A stretch of DNA of 64,000 nucleotides from Novakomyces olei (lineage: Eukaryota), in contig JADEYG010000004.1 in assembly GCA_016906335.1 (NCBI GenBank), positions 248,001-312,000 on the forward strand, read 5' to 3'. Made by a program: the position numbers and the translations under genes. Below, in pieces: positions 50,421 to 62,534 of the stretch. The notes beneath the pieces were generated by a model. The model made no database searches. It saw only the letters and a list, made by a program, of their open reading frames with translations, and was not told the DNA's origin. The stretch's first letter is position 1; every line of letters starts with the position of its first letter.

Positions 50421-50582
50421 GGCATGTTTTGGACGCTGAATGAAGATGCGCCTATAAATAAGTGTGGAACTGTGGTGATATAATTACGTTACTAATATTC
50501 AAATTATTAGGGTTAGGGTTATTATTATTATTATAAAGATTATCTAAATGGACTGGTATAGTATGCGCACGCCGGAAAATGC

Positions 50583-51878
50583 TCAAAAACCGTGCGCAGC
50601 CAGAAAATCAGCGCAATGCAGGTAAAATGCAATAGCATTGAACTTTGGATGCTTTCCCGCCAAAGACATAGCTCGCCATTTCAGATAGTTTGTCTGTACA
50701 GGTGTTAGAGATCACATATAATTAGTCTTACCCAATTTTGTACTTCGACATGATTAACATCATCCAAAGTGCCGAGATAGGATTGGCCCCAGGCCGCGCT
50801 CCGTATGCTCACGAAACCATCGTTCGGACTAAGTCGTAAAGTCAGCGCAATTCTACATACTAGGCGAAGCAAAAATAAATATTAAATAAATAAAAAGTTA
50901 ATTAATTGATTAAAAACAACAAAAAAAAAAAAAAAAAAAAAGCCAACCCCTCCGCATCATAGACGATGCGCCAGCTCAAGTAAAACGGATTCCAGTAGTC
51001 TGGCCAGTCGGCTGCACCATAACTAAAGTACTTCACACCAGATTCATCGGGCGTAGCAGGATTAAACTCATCACGAACATAATGCGTCGTAAGCTGGGCA
51101 AAGGCATCGATTGAATCGACACCAAGCATGTTCAGTACTCTTTTGATAGCCTCGTATCTTGATTCTAAATCGTGAGCAAAAATAGTTGAATAAACTTTAG
51201 AACGGAAAGCTCAGAAGTCTATCGTTGTCGGTATTCTGCACTAAAATAGAAAAATAAATAAATAAAACAGAAGTTAAAAAAGCAACTTGAAAGTCAGCAC
51301 TTACTTCCAATGGAGGAAAGACAAAAATCAGCAAAAGGCGAGCCTTGATGCGGTGTGGCGATAGTCGTCAGTGAGCTAACCTGAAAATTTGTGGGCTTGC
51401 GGCTGATGAGATACCGGCAGTCCAGACCGCCCATACTGTGCCCAATGAAATTTACTGTCCGGCCAGGGAACTTGTCCTCTACTTGCCGCTGTAGTTCTAT
51501 AGCTCTCTCGGCAATTGAACCAGTCGGCTTTACATGTGTAACCAAGACTTCCATGCCAGCTGCCTCTAAGGCCTCGCGAATGCCGTTCCAGTAGTAAAGA
51601 GTGACAATCGGCCGATTGTAAACGCCGAGTTCGACTTTATCGAACCCAAAAAGCCCATGACAAAGCACAATAGGGTTTTTCGGTACGCGCAATCCTTTGC
51701 CAATTGTTGAAAACTCATCGGTGAATACCCTGCCCAGAGCACGTAACCGGGGATCACTCCCATCTATGCTTTGTGGAGAGAAGGAAGAGCGCGCAGTATG
51801 GAAAAGACGCGCTTGCTGGCACAATGAATTGGCCTTCCGTACACACGGCAAAATATGCCGTTGGCCCACGAGCGTCAT
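50583..51878 (-). CDS. TGL2: Tgl2-like triacylglycerol lipase, multi-exon
   Basis: PKNPIVLCHGLFGFD; YWNGIREAL; IGHSMGGLDCRY; SLTTIATPHQGS; NDGFVSIRSAAWG; VNHVE; FNAIAFYLHCADFLAAHGF*. Confidence 0.88.
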
Positions 51879-51977
51879 TGGTTATAAGGGATTTAGTCTC
51901 CACTAAAGCCATGTGCAGGCATGACTGGGAATATCCACGCCTTCCCAAATGCCATGTAAATCTTGATGATACAATTA

Positions 51978-52183
51978 ATAAATATAAATATAAATATAAA
52001 TATAAATATAAATATAAATATAAATATAAATATAAATATAAATATAAATATAAATATAAATATAAATATAAATATAAATATAAATATAAATATAAATATA
52101 AATATAAATATAAATATAAATATAAATATAAATATAAATATAAATATAAATATAAATATAAATATAAATATAAATATAAATAT
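51978..52183. repeat. (AAATAT)n hexamer microsatellite, ~205 bp
   Basis: Between the EF-2 stop and the TGL2 start, about 100 bp from the TGL2 ATG. Confidence 0.97.
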
Positions 52184-52402
52184 ACTATTGACTATCCACA
52201 ATTCTACAATCTAGTGCACTTGTACGACACAATTTCTGACAAACTATATTTATTATTAACCTCTTCTCCAAACGTTGGCCAAACAGTAAAAAGCGGCCCT
52301 CCATAATTCCGTTATAGGTTGAGCAGCGTACCCTGGTGCAATTTCTTTCCACATTTTTCTTTCCTTTTAAACTAGCGAGTTCCCCAATCACGGCGAACCA
52401 GT

Positions 52403-55152
52403 TTACAACTTGTCGTAGAACTGGTTCAGCTCTGGAACTTCAGGAGCAAGACCCTTGCGCACACGGATATCGCGGATGATAGTGCCCACCTTGTTGTCCG
52501 GGGTAAGAGGATCGCCAGACATGGCATCCCAATGGTCAAACACACACTGTGGGAAAGCCTGGCCGCCAGTGGCTGCACGCAGATCGGCAGTGAAGCCAAA
52601 AGACTCGTTGACAGGCAAGTAAGCCTTGATCGTGTACAGCGGGGTTCCCGGACGTTGCTCTTCAGCGAAAACGTGGCCACGACGTTTGTTGAGGACGCCA
52701 TAAATGCCTCCCATTGCGTTCTCAGAGACCTGAATCTCTGCCAGGTAAACTGGCTCCTGAATGCCAGGCGACGCGAGCAGCATGGACGCGTAGACGACAC
52801 GACGAGCAGTGGGGATGATTTGTCCACCACCACGGTGAATAGCATCGGCGTGCAGAACGACGTCCAGAATGTTGTAGCGAATAGAACGCATGCTCTCCTC
52901 TGCCAAAGGACCTTCCTTGGTTGCCCACTGGAAGGCGGCAACAACAGAATCCTTGATTTCATTCAAGTACTGAACTGCCTTGGTCTGGTCAACAACCAAG
53001 TTGGCACCGGTTGTTTCCGGTCCAAAGCACCAAATCTTACGGGCGTCAGTAACGTCCCAACCGTGCTCATCGGCCAATTTACGTGCACGAATCTTGAAAT
53101 CATCACGGGGAGAGATCTTACCAGCCTCAATCTCGGCTGAAAGTTCTTCAGACAAAGGTTCAGCAGTCATAAAGATACGGTTGTGCTTGTTGGGTGACTT
53201 GGAAAGAGCCGTCATGGAAGAGGTGGACGTAACCGTTTCACGGTAAGAGACCACTGGAGGAGAGATCTTGAGAGGGATACCAGCATGGTCCTCCTGCAAA
53301 TCCTTAAGGCAGATTTCCAAGTGCAGTTCACCGGCACCGGCAACAATATGCTCACCAGACTCGTTAGTCATTGAGAGGACACAAGGATCAGACTTGGAAA
53401 GACGCTTCAATCCTTCAACAAGCTTAGGCAAATCATTTGCGTTTTTAACATCCACAGCGACCTGCACAACAGGTGATACGGAAAACTTCATGACTCGCAG
53501 ATTGTGAGCAGTTTCAGATGTGGTCAATGTGGCAGATTTAAGGATAAACTGATCAACACCGACCAAACCCACAATGTTACCAGCAGGGCAATCGTCAATG
53601 GGCTCGGTGATACGGCCCATCATGAGGACAGTACGCTGGATGGCCTTGATAAAGAGATCGTCCTTCTTGCCCGGCTCATAGTTGGGGCCCTGGATACGGA
53701 CCTTCATACCGGAGCGGACAGTACCGGCAAAGACACGTCCAAAGGCATAAAAGCGGCCCTTGTCCGAGGTGGGGACCATCTTGGACACGTACAACATGAG
53801 AGGGCCCTTAGGGTCGCAGTCACGGATGGCAATGGCACACTCATCGTCCATAGGGCCCTCATACAGGGTCTCAACACGGTACTTTTGTGCAGTGACTGGA
53901 GAGGGAAGATGGATGACAGCCATTTCCAAAAGAGCATCAGCAGCGGGCAAGAACTTGCGCATGACAATCTTGAGCAGAGCCTTGCCGGTCTCCTCTCTCT
54001 CGTTGCCCTTCAAGTTGATATCGAGCTTCTGCAAGAGAGCTGGGATCTCATCGTTCTTAAAGTTCATGATACAGTTAAAGATACGGTAGATGGGGTCCAA
54101 GATAAAGGCATTGAAGGCACGCTCCAACGGCTTGCCATCTGCATCAGTGGGAGACTTGCTCCACTTCTTGGTCTTGGGGTTGAAAAAGTTATCGCCCCAC
54201 AGACGCTCCATCATCTTTTGCTTGTCAACACCAAACTTCTTGGCGTACTTTACAGCAAACTGACGGACAGTGAACGCCCAGCCGTGCAGACCGGAGCCGA
54301 AGGCAATTGTGCCCTTGTCGGGGTACACCTGCACATCACCAAGGGCCTTGTCAAAGTAGGTGGAGATGATGACATTGACAGACTCAATGGTACGAGAAAA
54401 GGTCTGGTAGAGCTCCTCCTTCTCAATTTGCAACTCCAAAAGAGCACGGTCAACCTTGTTCACAACCAAAACAGGCTTGATACGCTCAGTAAGAGCCTGG
54501 CGCAGTACAGTCTCAGTCTGCACACACACACCCTCGATACAGTCGACAACGACAAGCGCACCATCAGTCACACGCAGCGCAGCAGTAACCTCAGACGAAA
54601 AGTCAACGTGACCGGGCGAGTCGATAAGGTTAATAAGAAAGCTGGTGCTGTCTGTCTTTTGGGGGATATCCTTTAAATCATCCTCAGAGCACTCGGCGAA
54701 CAGAGAGATAGCAGTGGACTTGATAGTCACACCTCGTTCCTATACCTGTAAGTGCTGAAACCAAAATAACAAAATTGATATTTAGGTAGGCAACCAAGTA
54801 TTAAAGCTCTTTTGCAATAAAATATATTTGAAAAAAAAAATGGGGAAAAAGTGTAGACGTACCTGCTCGTCTGGACGAGTATCAGTATAACGTTTGTCTC
54901 CAGCAGCACCGGCAGAAATAATACCGGCTTTTTGCACAAGCGAATCAGTAAGCGTCGACTTTCCGTGGTCGACGTGAGCAATTACGGACAAGCACCTCAC
55001 ATTGGAGGGCTTGTTCATAAGCTCGCGGATCTCTTCTGTCGTAAAGTTGACCTAAACGGTGGTAATAGGGCATTTACGGCAAACAGGTAGCCGTAAACGT
55101 AGTATCCAGGTTAGCCAAAGCTCACTGACAAAAGTTTAAGCCTCCTTACCAT
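52403..55152 (-). CDS. EFT2: Translation elongation factor 2, 3 exons
   Basis: [37 protein letters not shown]; diphthamide loop [11 protein letters not shown]. Introns 55149-55052 and ~54862-54741. Strong codon bias. Confidence 0.98.
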
Positions 55153-55288
55153 GTTGCCGACGTATAAGCCCGCTGTGAGATCCTCTTGAAAAGCTTCACG
55201 CCTCGGTGGCAGATGGGGTTTTTGTGTAAGAGCTATAAAAATTTTTTTGAATATATCATTACAGGTTTTGGCCGTCACCCGCATTTGG

Positions 55289-55366
55289 AAAACCCTGACT
55301 TATTGGGGCGCTGTAAAAAATCCTATACTTTCCGGAAACCCTGATAATGCTTTAAGAATACCCTGA
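55289..55366. promoter_or_regulatory. Three ACCCTGA (TCAGGGT) motifs in the EF-2 promoter
   Basis: AAACCCTGA at 55290 and 55336, TACCCTGA at 55359. Resembles Tbf1/telo-box-type sites. Confidence 0.4.
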
Positions 55367-55808
55367 CTTTGTCCCCGGGATCGATGTTACTGTGCTGCTA
55401 CTAAATTTATTTACGAAATTGTTTACCGTTCATTTTAGGCACCGTTCAGTGTGACGCCAAACAGTGTTGGCAGTCAATTGGCAAACAGAAAGAATGGTTT
55501 CAACAGTGTGTAACAGATCCACATAGGTTTAGGCTCAATCATCATTTGGTCATTGATAGATTAACAGTATTTCCCCTGTCATCAGTAGTATCTGTTGACT
55601 GTCTTGATTTTTTTTTTTGTGTAAATATAGTAAGGCGTTGATGACGACGTGTAAATTTAGGCGACTACAATTTTCCGATCTGCACAAAAGATATGAATGC
55701 CATTTCAGGTGCAACATTGTGACTAGTGTATCCATACTTTATATCTTTTTCGGCGCCTGCAGTACTGGTGGATGCATCGTTGATTAGTCCTTATTCCTGG
55801 ACAAACAA

Positions 55809-57602
55809 ATGGCGGCGCTACAAGTATTGCTGCCTCACGGTCGCACTTGGACAAATTTAGACAACATCTCTGGCACTGTTCGTCTACAGCTATCTGACAG
55901 CGAATCAATTGGAAATGTTACTGTAAAATTAGAAGGTCTGAAATTATTCTCTGTCCATCATTTCGGAACTAATTCGATCAGGCGCGTCCGTCTCTGAAAT
56001 CGAACTTGACCGTTATCAGGCACGGCAAGCAGGTCGCGGCCGTGAACGTACCTTTTCAGAGTCGCACAAGGCAAGCTTCCTTGTTCATGCATATGTTTAC
56101 TTTATCTTTAATCTATCACTTGTTCTTTTTTTCTGCCCAGAATCTACGTTTTCGTTATTCTATTTAGAATATCAAAATGGCCTTCCTTTCTCTATCCACC
56201 TTTTTCTAATCCACCAATCTTTTTCCGTTATTAATCACTATTTTTTTTTCTCTCTTTTTTCTTTAAAGCCAACTGAAATCATCATTCGAATCTAATACCT
56301 TTACAGTTCTTGTACGCTTCAACGGTAGTATTTCCTACTGGCAACCTCCAAAACACAAACTTCACTCTCCCTGCAGGCACTCACGAGTGGCCCTTTTCCT
56401 TCCGCGTTCCTGTCAACACGCACTGCGCGTCATCAAATGCTTCAGCCTCGGCCTCTGGCTCCCTTTTCAAGCAGATTGATATGATGCTGAGTGATAGACT
56501 CGCTGAAGATAACAGTGCACAGCATGTCATTACTACGCTACCGCCTTCATTTTATTTTTCCGACGGCACCAATATTCGATACTATGTAAAATGCACTGTT
56601 TCAAGGCCCAATATACTGAAACGGAACCGTCGGTGCTATACCCCGTTTGTTTTCCTGCCGATTGAACCGGTCACGCCTCAAGCACAAGGGGCCAATTACT
56701 TTGTGCGCAGGATTCATCACATGAATACAAACGCCAGAGAAAGAGAAGGATCCGGAGGAGGAATTTTCTCTTTTTTTTCACGGTTATTAAATGCGCCAGA
56801 TTCACGGTCAAGGCAGCCTTTGCGAGTAGAAGTTGAGGCTCTATTGCCCAACCCGGTCATTCTCGTGCCCGGGCAGCCTATCCCGATAACCCTAAACTTG
56901 CGCTGCCTCGACGATGGTCAGGCAAATTTCTCTGCCTCAAGCAATAACAGACGTGGTCCATCTTCGCCTTTACGTTTATCTGCGATTTCTGTTTACTTGG
57001 TTGCTCACACATTTGTTGTTGCGTGCAGGCAGGCGCGTAAATATGTGGGTACAACGCCGCTGCTGTTTAATGTCCCAGTCGGCGCTCCGATACCTGTTCA
57101 GTCGGCGCTGAAATTAGACTGCGGATCTTTGGGCCGGCCTCTAGTCCTTCCCACTAGCACTGCACCGACATTTACTACTTGCAATATTCGACAGACGTAC
57201 GAGTTGCGTATTGACATCGCACTCGCCATTGATGGATCGTCTACTTTTGAATTAGCCCAGATTGTGTCTCCCGTAGCAATTTATAGTGGAATTAAGGCCC
57301 CGGCTGGTCTACAACCGGCCCATACTGCAATGGGACCCGTGCCTCCACAGCCACCGAGACGGAGCCGGCCAGCGACAGCTGAAGCAGGGAAAACGACGCC
57401 GGCAGTTCCTGAAAGTACACGGCCCCTTTCTGCCGCTCCTAGTGAACAGCAATCATTGGAGGAGTCAGCTTTGCCTACGTATCAGGAAGCAGTAGGTGAT
57501 AATCTGGCCCAGTTGGAGTCTTCAGTATCTAACCGGCCAGCGTACCAGGTTGATGAGAATTATTATCAAAATATTGAGCAGTCTGATCGTTCAGAAAAGT
57601 GA
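55809..57602 (+). CDS. Alpha-arrestin (ART-type ubiquitin-ligase adaptor), 3 exons
   Basis: WTNLDNISGTVRLQL..VTVKLEG; ESHK|FLY; LPAGTHEWPFSFRVP; LPPSF; IRYYVKCTVSRP; PTFTTCNIRQTYEL; LPTY motif. Introns 55936-55981 and 56071-56306 (GC-AG). Confidence 0.88.
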
Positions 57603-58005
57603 GGGGCTTTATGGCTAATGCTTTTCATTGACGCTAGTGCTTATTACATCAGACGGATAAGCGCTAATGTATTAAATTTTTTTTCTCTCTTTTTCTTTTC
57701 TGTTCTTTTCTTTTCTTTTCTTTTTTTTTGGTTGTTTTTGTAATTATTTACATTTCAAGAAAATATATATATGAAATCACTCCTGTAATTAATTACTAAA
57801 TGTTTTTGGTGTTTACGTTTCTACAATATAGTATTGAGTTATATCTGAGCACAATCTGTTTGTAGAATATATTTAAATGTGTAATACGATTTGTAATTAT
57901 CTCAAACCGCGGAATCAATTCTATCGATAGGGTATCATAGTGTATCAGGTATCATAATGCAAGTACAAAGCGACAAAAAGGGTATCACAAAGCAAAGTAG
58001 CCTTT

Positions 58006-59361
58006 TTAATAAAAGCCCCAATCACCAGTGGCATTGTACGAATGCCACGTGGGGAATGCGTATTTTGAAGATGTAGTTGTTGAAGTCGTGTAGGGAGTTG
58101 TAAGAGGAGTCGGTGAATACACCGTCGTTGCTGACCGACTTTCCGATGGCGAAGACAGTGGAGAGTTGTACAGGTCAGTGATAGCACTAGTAAAAGAGCT
58201 AGTAGTACTTGGAGTAGCAAATGTGCTAGTTGTAGTAAGAGTACTAGTCGGAATAGTAGTTCCTGTATCAATACTAGTATCCAAACTAGCAGTAGTGCTA
58301 ATACTAGCAGTAGTGCCAATACTAGCAGTAGTACTAGCAGCTGACGAGTTGAATAGACTAGGAGATGCCTCGCTCGCAGAGCTTGGTACTGCCGTTTCCG
58401 TAGTAATTGGTGTAAAAGTGGCCATGCTCAAAATTGAACTGGTTATTGAAACGTTTCCTACAGCTGGAGTTGCGGCAAGCATTGTAGGGTAAACCGTCTC
58501 TGACGGATAAGCAGTACTCGAGCCCTCGTCACTAATAGAGGTAGAGACGGCGATTCTAGCATTAGTTGCGTTTGACAAAACGCTGGTTGCAGAAGAATAG
58601 CTTGTCGAAAGGACTGGTACGAAAATGGTGGTTGTCGGAGAAGCGTCTGCTGATTGACTTGTCCATAGCTGACCAGATTCAAGAGTTGCTACTTGCTCCT
58701 GAGCAAAAGTAGAGTTAAGTGCTGTAGTAGTAGGCACCACAGGACCTTCGCTTGAAGTCTGTGGCAAATGTAAAATTAAAGTACTCGTTTGTGGATCTTG
58801 TGTGTATGTTGAAATCTCCACAATGTTTACGGTACTTGTAGTCGTTGGCTCTGTACTGGCAGAGACACTTGCTGTTGAAGGCAATGTGTTGTTTTGCCGT
58901 GTCTCGGGCAGAGCACTTGTAGTTGGCTGCAATTCGATAGACGTAGATTGCTCTGCAACAGTGCTAGAGCTGGTAGTCGAGAGTGTAGAGCCAGAGCCAG
59001 AAGACGGACTGGCAGTAGAGAAAACGCTAGTTGTAGAAATTGAACTAGAACTAGAACTAGAAATTGAACTTGAACTTGACCCTGTTAAACTGGCAGAGGC
59101 GGTGCTAGCAGTAGTGGCAGGCTCAAAAGTAGCTTGGCTGGTAAAGGTACTTGTAGCAGTAGTCCCGGTACTGGTACTGGACTGGCTCGTGCTTGTACTT
59201 GTACTTGTACTTGAAGGATCATTGTAGACAATGCCGTTATCGTTGTCGGGTTTGTCTCCGCTGACGCGCCGTACGCGGTAAGGTGGTGCGACAGGCACAG
59301 CTCGAGCGACGGGGCATATCGCGTAGAGCAGTATGGCCGCTAATAAACGATTCGCCTTCAT
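58006..59361 (-). CDS. Secreted Ser/Thr-rich mucin-like protein
   Basis: Signal peptide MKANRLLAAILLYAICPVARA, dibasic RVRR, ~390 aa of S/T-rich sequence and an aromatic C-terminal tail. Confidence 0.8.
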   Translation of the reverse strand: MKANRLLAAILLYAICPVARAVPVAPPYRVRRVSGDKPDNDNGIVYNDPSSTSTSTSTSQSSTSTGTTATSTFTSQATFEPATTASTASASLTGSSSSSISSSSSSSISTTSVFSTASPSSGSGSTLSTTSSSTVAEQSTSIELQPTTSALPETRQNNTLPSTASVSASTEPTTTSTVNIVEISTYTQDPQTSTLILHLPQTSSEGPVVPTTTALNSTFAQEQVATLESGQLWTSQSADASPTTTIFVPVLSTSYSSATSVLSNATNARIAVSTSISDEGSSTAYPSETVYPTMLAATPAVGNVSITSSILSMATFTPITTETAVPSSASEASPSLFNSSAASTTASIGTTASISTTASLDTSIDTGTTIPTSTLTTTSTFATPSTTSSFTSAITDLYNSPLSSPSESRSATTVYSPTPLTTPYTTSTTTSSKYAFPTWHSYNATGDWGFY

Positions 59362-60299
59362 ATTTGAGGATTGATGAAGCAGACGGTGCAGAGAGTGGCA
59401 GTGCGTATATATACACAGACGTCATGTTTGCGTGAGGCGCAACGGTCGCACTTTTAACAGCCGTGGCTGAACAAACTCCCCACACTAAAAACCGTTGGAA
59501 CACTCTACCCCCTTTGTATTTCCCGGTGGCTGGAATAAATCAGGGTTTTCTATCTGTCAAATTAGTCTATACCCGATTGGGTATAGCGCCAGGTTTCCGG
59601 AGCGAAGGCTGTAATGCTCGGCAGCGAGAACAAGTAAGCCAGCGACAGACTGACAGTTCCGAGAACAAGTCGGAGCTCTCGTGGATTCATACAATAGGCG
59701 ATTGGTGCCATTGCCGATCAGATTGTTGTATATAAAAACGAGTCTGTGCTTGGCGCAGCGCTTATTATTCTGCTGACTGTGTTACGTACCAGCCTAAAGA
59801 AAAATGAGTGTATGTGTATATAAATAAATAAATATATATGCACGTACACACTACGCGCATGCACCATACATTGTGAGTGTTTGGGTAATTGTAGCAGTAC
59901 ATTACTTTAACATAGAGTAGAGACGCGAGTTTGTTTGGAGGCGTTTAGCCTGCAAACTCTTAATTACATTGCACAATGTATATTTTGCAATACAGTGAGT
60001 GTATCCTTCACTAAGAAAATCATAACTAAAGAGCAGCTTCACTAAAGAAGAAAAGATAAGCGACAAGAGTACTCGAACTACAAGTAATTGTTATACGCAA
60101 TCCAAAGATTGATTGTCCGATACCGAATATTATATGGGTATTCAAACATTATATCGTTTATCAAACTAATATCGTTTATAAAAATTATATCGTTTATTAT
60201 TAAACTTATCGTTTATTATCAAATTCTATCCGGTGTACCTGCCGCCGTCCTCACTTTAGCGGCTACTCGCTCTTTGGGCAGAGAGCGGATTACGATGAA

Positions 60300-62327
60300 A
60301 TGCACGATCAGAATGGTGCACAAGGCAGTGCTGAAACGGATCAGCGTGATTTGACTGAACAAAGTGGCGACGATCAGAGCGCAGATCTCGCGCTGGAAAA
60401 ATCTCAAAATGCCGCCAGACCATCGCTTATAGAGCGGCACAACCGATTCGAATCGTTTACACCCTCTCAGCTTGATTTCGGTCTAGCCGACGAGGCCGAT
60501 AACGAGATTGATGAACGATCCAACTCGCGATCACTCTCACGGAGACGCAGTTTTAGTATATCAACAGCTCATGATATAGATAACGTTCCTGCACGCGACC
60601 TTGATCGCGTAGTAAGTGCTAATAAATACATTGTTTCGTTCGAAGGTCCTCAGGACAAAAACAACCCAAAGTATGCGCACATTTGTTTCAAAATCTGACT
60701 TGTAGAAACTGGAAAAAGAGCCGGAAATGGCTCGCTACTTTTATGGCAGGATCGTTCACGTTTATGACGTACGTATCGAATAAAGTGGATATTGTGCTTT
60801 TTTCCCCTCTTCATTTCCTAAGCACTTTTCTCTAATTTTTCAGTCGAGGTCTAGACAAGACTGATTGGTTTTGCTTTTTTTTCCTTTAATTTTTGATTTT
60901 TAATTTTAATTTTCAATTTTTAATTTTTATTAATTAATCTGGTCACTTTATTTCTCACATAGTAGGTCGCTTTCGTCGAGCACTATTGCCCCCGCACTTC
61001 AAGAAATCGGAGTTGAGTTTGGCGTCAATATGAGTCTCAAACTGCATCTGACCGTTTCCATTTTCCTTCTTGGATTTGCCCTAGGCCCGTTATTTTTTGC
61101 ACCAATGTCAGAAATTTTCGGTAGGCGTTGGGTTCTTTTGATATCTTATTCAGTCTTTCTTGTATGGACTTTGGCCACTTCTTTGAGCCAAACGATTGCT
61201 CAGCTCGTTGTTTTCCGGTTTTTTGGTGGAATATTCGGATCCTCTCCGATTGTTATCGGCGGCGGTGTTGTTTCTGATACTTGGGAGAGTCATGAAAGGC
61301 CGCTTGCTGTTGTTGCTTACAGTACGCCTATACTACTTGCCCCCAGTATTGGCCCTTTGTTTTCTGGCTTCGTTACCGAGTCAATTGGTTGGCGATGGAT
61401 ATTCCGTATTATTCTTATTGCCGCTGGAACAAATACTATTTTCGCTTTTGTATTTCTTCCAGAGACATTTGCCCCTGTAATTTTGCAACAAAAAGTGGCC
61501 CGACTTAATCGTGAAAATCATACAAACGAATACCGCAGTCTTTACGATGCTGGTGGTTATCGTGATCGTACCGCCATTATGAAAAGAGCAATGGTCCGCC
61601 CTTGGAAAATGCTTTTTTTTGACCCTGTTATTATAGTGAATTGCGTCTTTATTGGCCTGGCTTACGGTTACATGTACCTACTTTTCGTAGCAATGCCAGA
61701 TGCTTTTCGTGGAGTATATGGAGAGTCCACAGGTGTCTCTGGCCTCAATTACCTCGGGCCTGGTGTCGGGTTTATGACTGGACTGGCTTTTACTAGACTA
61801 GTGGGGCCTCACATCAATGATTTTGTTGCTCTTCGGCTACGGCCGGCCGAGTATGCAAAGGAGCCTGAACGGATCATGTCTACTATTGTTGTAGGCTCCT
61901 TTTTTATGCCTGTGGGGCTTTTGGTTTTTGGCTGGTCTGTAGAGCGACACGTTTTTTGGTTTGTTCCTGTGCTTGGTGCAACTCTAGTGTGTTTTGGCAT
62001 GGTCGTTATCTACGTAAGTATCCAATTTATTTATTTATTTTTCTTCTCAACATTTTCCGATTCTAATCGTAGGTACTTGTGCAAACTTACATTATTGATT
62101 CTTACAATTTATACGCTGCGTCTGCCACGGGTGCATTATCTCTTTTTCGTGCATTATTGGCGTTCGCGTGCCCATTGTTTGGCGGCCCATTGTACGAGAA
62201 TTTGGGGTATGGATGGGGCTCGACGGTTATTGCTTTGATTGCGTTTTGTATTGGTTTACCAGGGTCTTTTCTCTTGTTGTTATACGGTCCGCTTATACGC
62301 AAGAAATTTTCCCGAAATTATGACTAG
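60300..62327 (+). CDS. MFS drug:H+ antiporter, DHA1 family, 4 exons
   Basis: VSFEGPQDKNNP(R)NW; GFALGPLFFAPMSEIFGRR; FRFFGGIFGSSP; GWRWIF; FLPETF; PER; YIIDSY..YAASA. Introns 60671-60705, ~60769-60965 and 62014-62072. Confidence 0.92.
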
Positions 62328-62534
62328 AGTTGTTTATAAGAATAATATGCCTGTTTGATATTGGCCCTTATTTATGCTACTGATGCATTCATTATAGGGA
62401 TTCATTTTATTGCTTTTGCATGCCATATAGTATACAAAGCCGGCTTCATCTAAATAGAAATCCTCTAAAAGCTCAATAGGCATAAAAAAAAAATTTGTAA
62501 TTTTATATATTCAATCACAACCCGCATACTAAAC

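Noticed and set aside
50507..50521. Telomerase RNA template or chromosome end
   Set aside because: Only 2.5 repeats in a ~160-bp gap between two protein genes.
53504..54676. Long antisense ORFs over EF-2, eIF4A (45321-46124), NDUFA9 and ARP10
   Set aside because: Expected shadow ORFs from codon bias of the real genes; no recognisable motifs.
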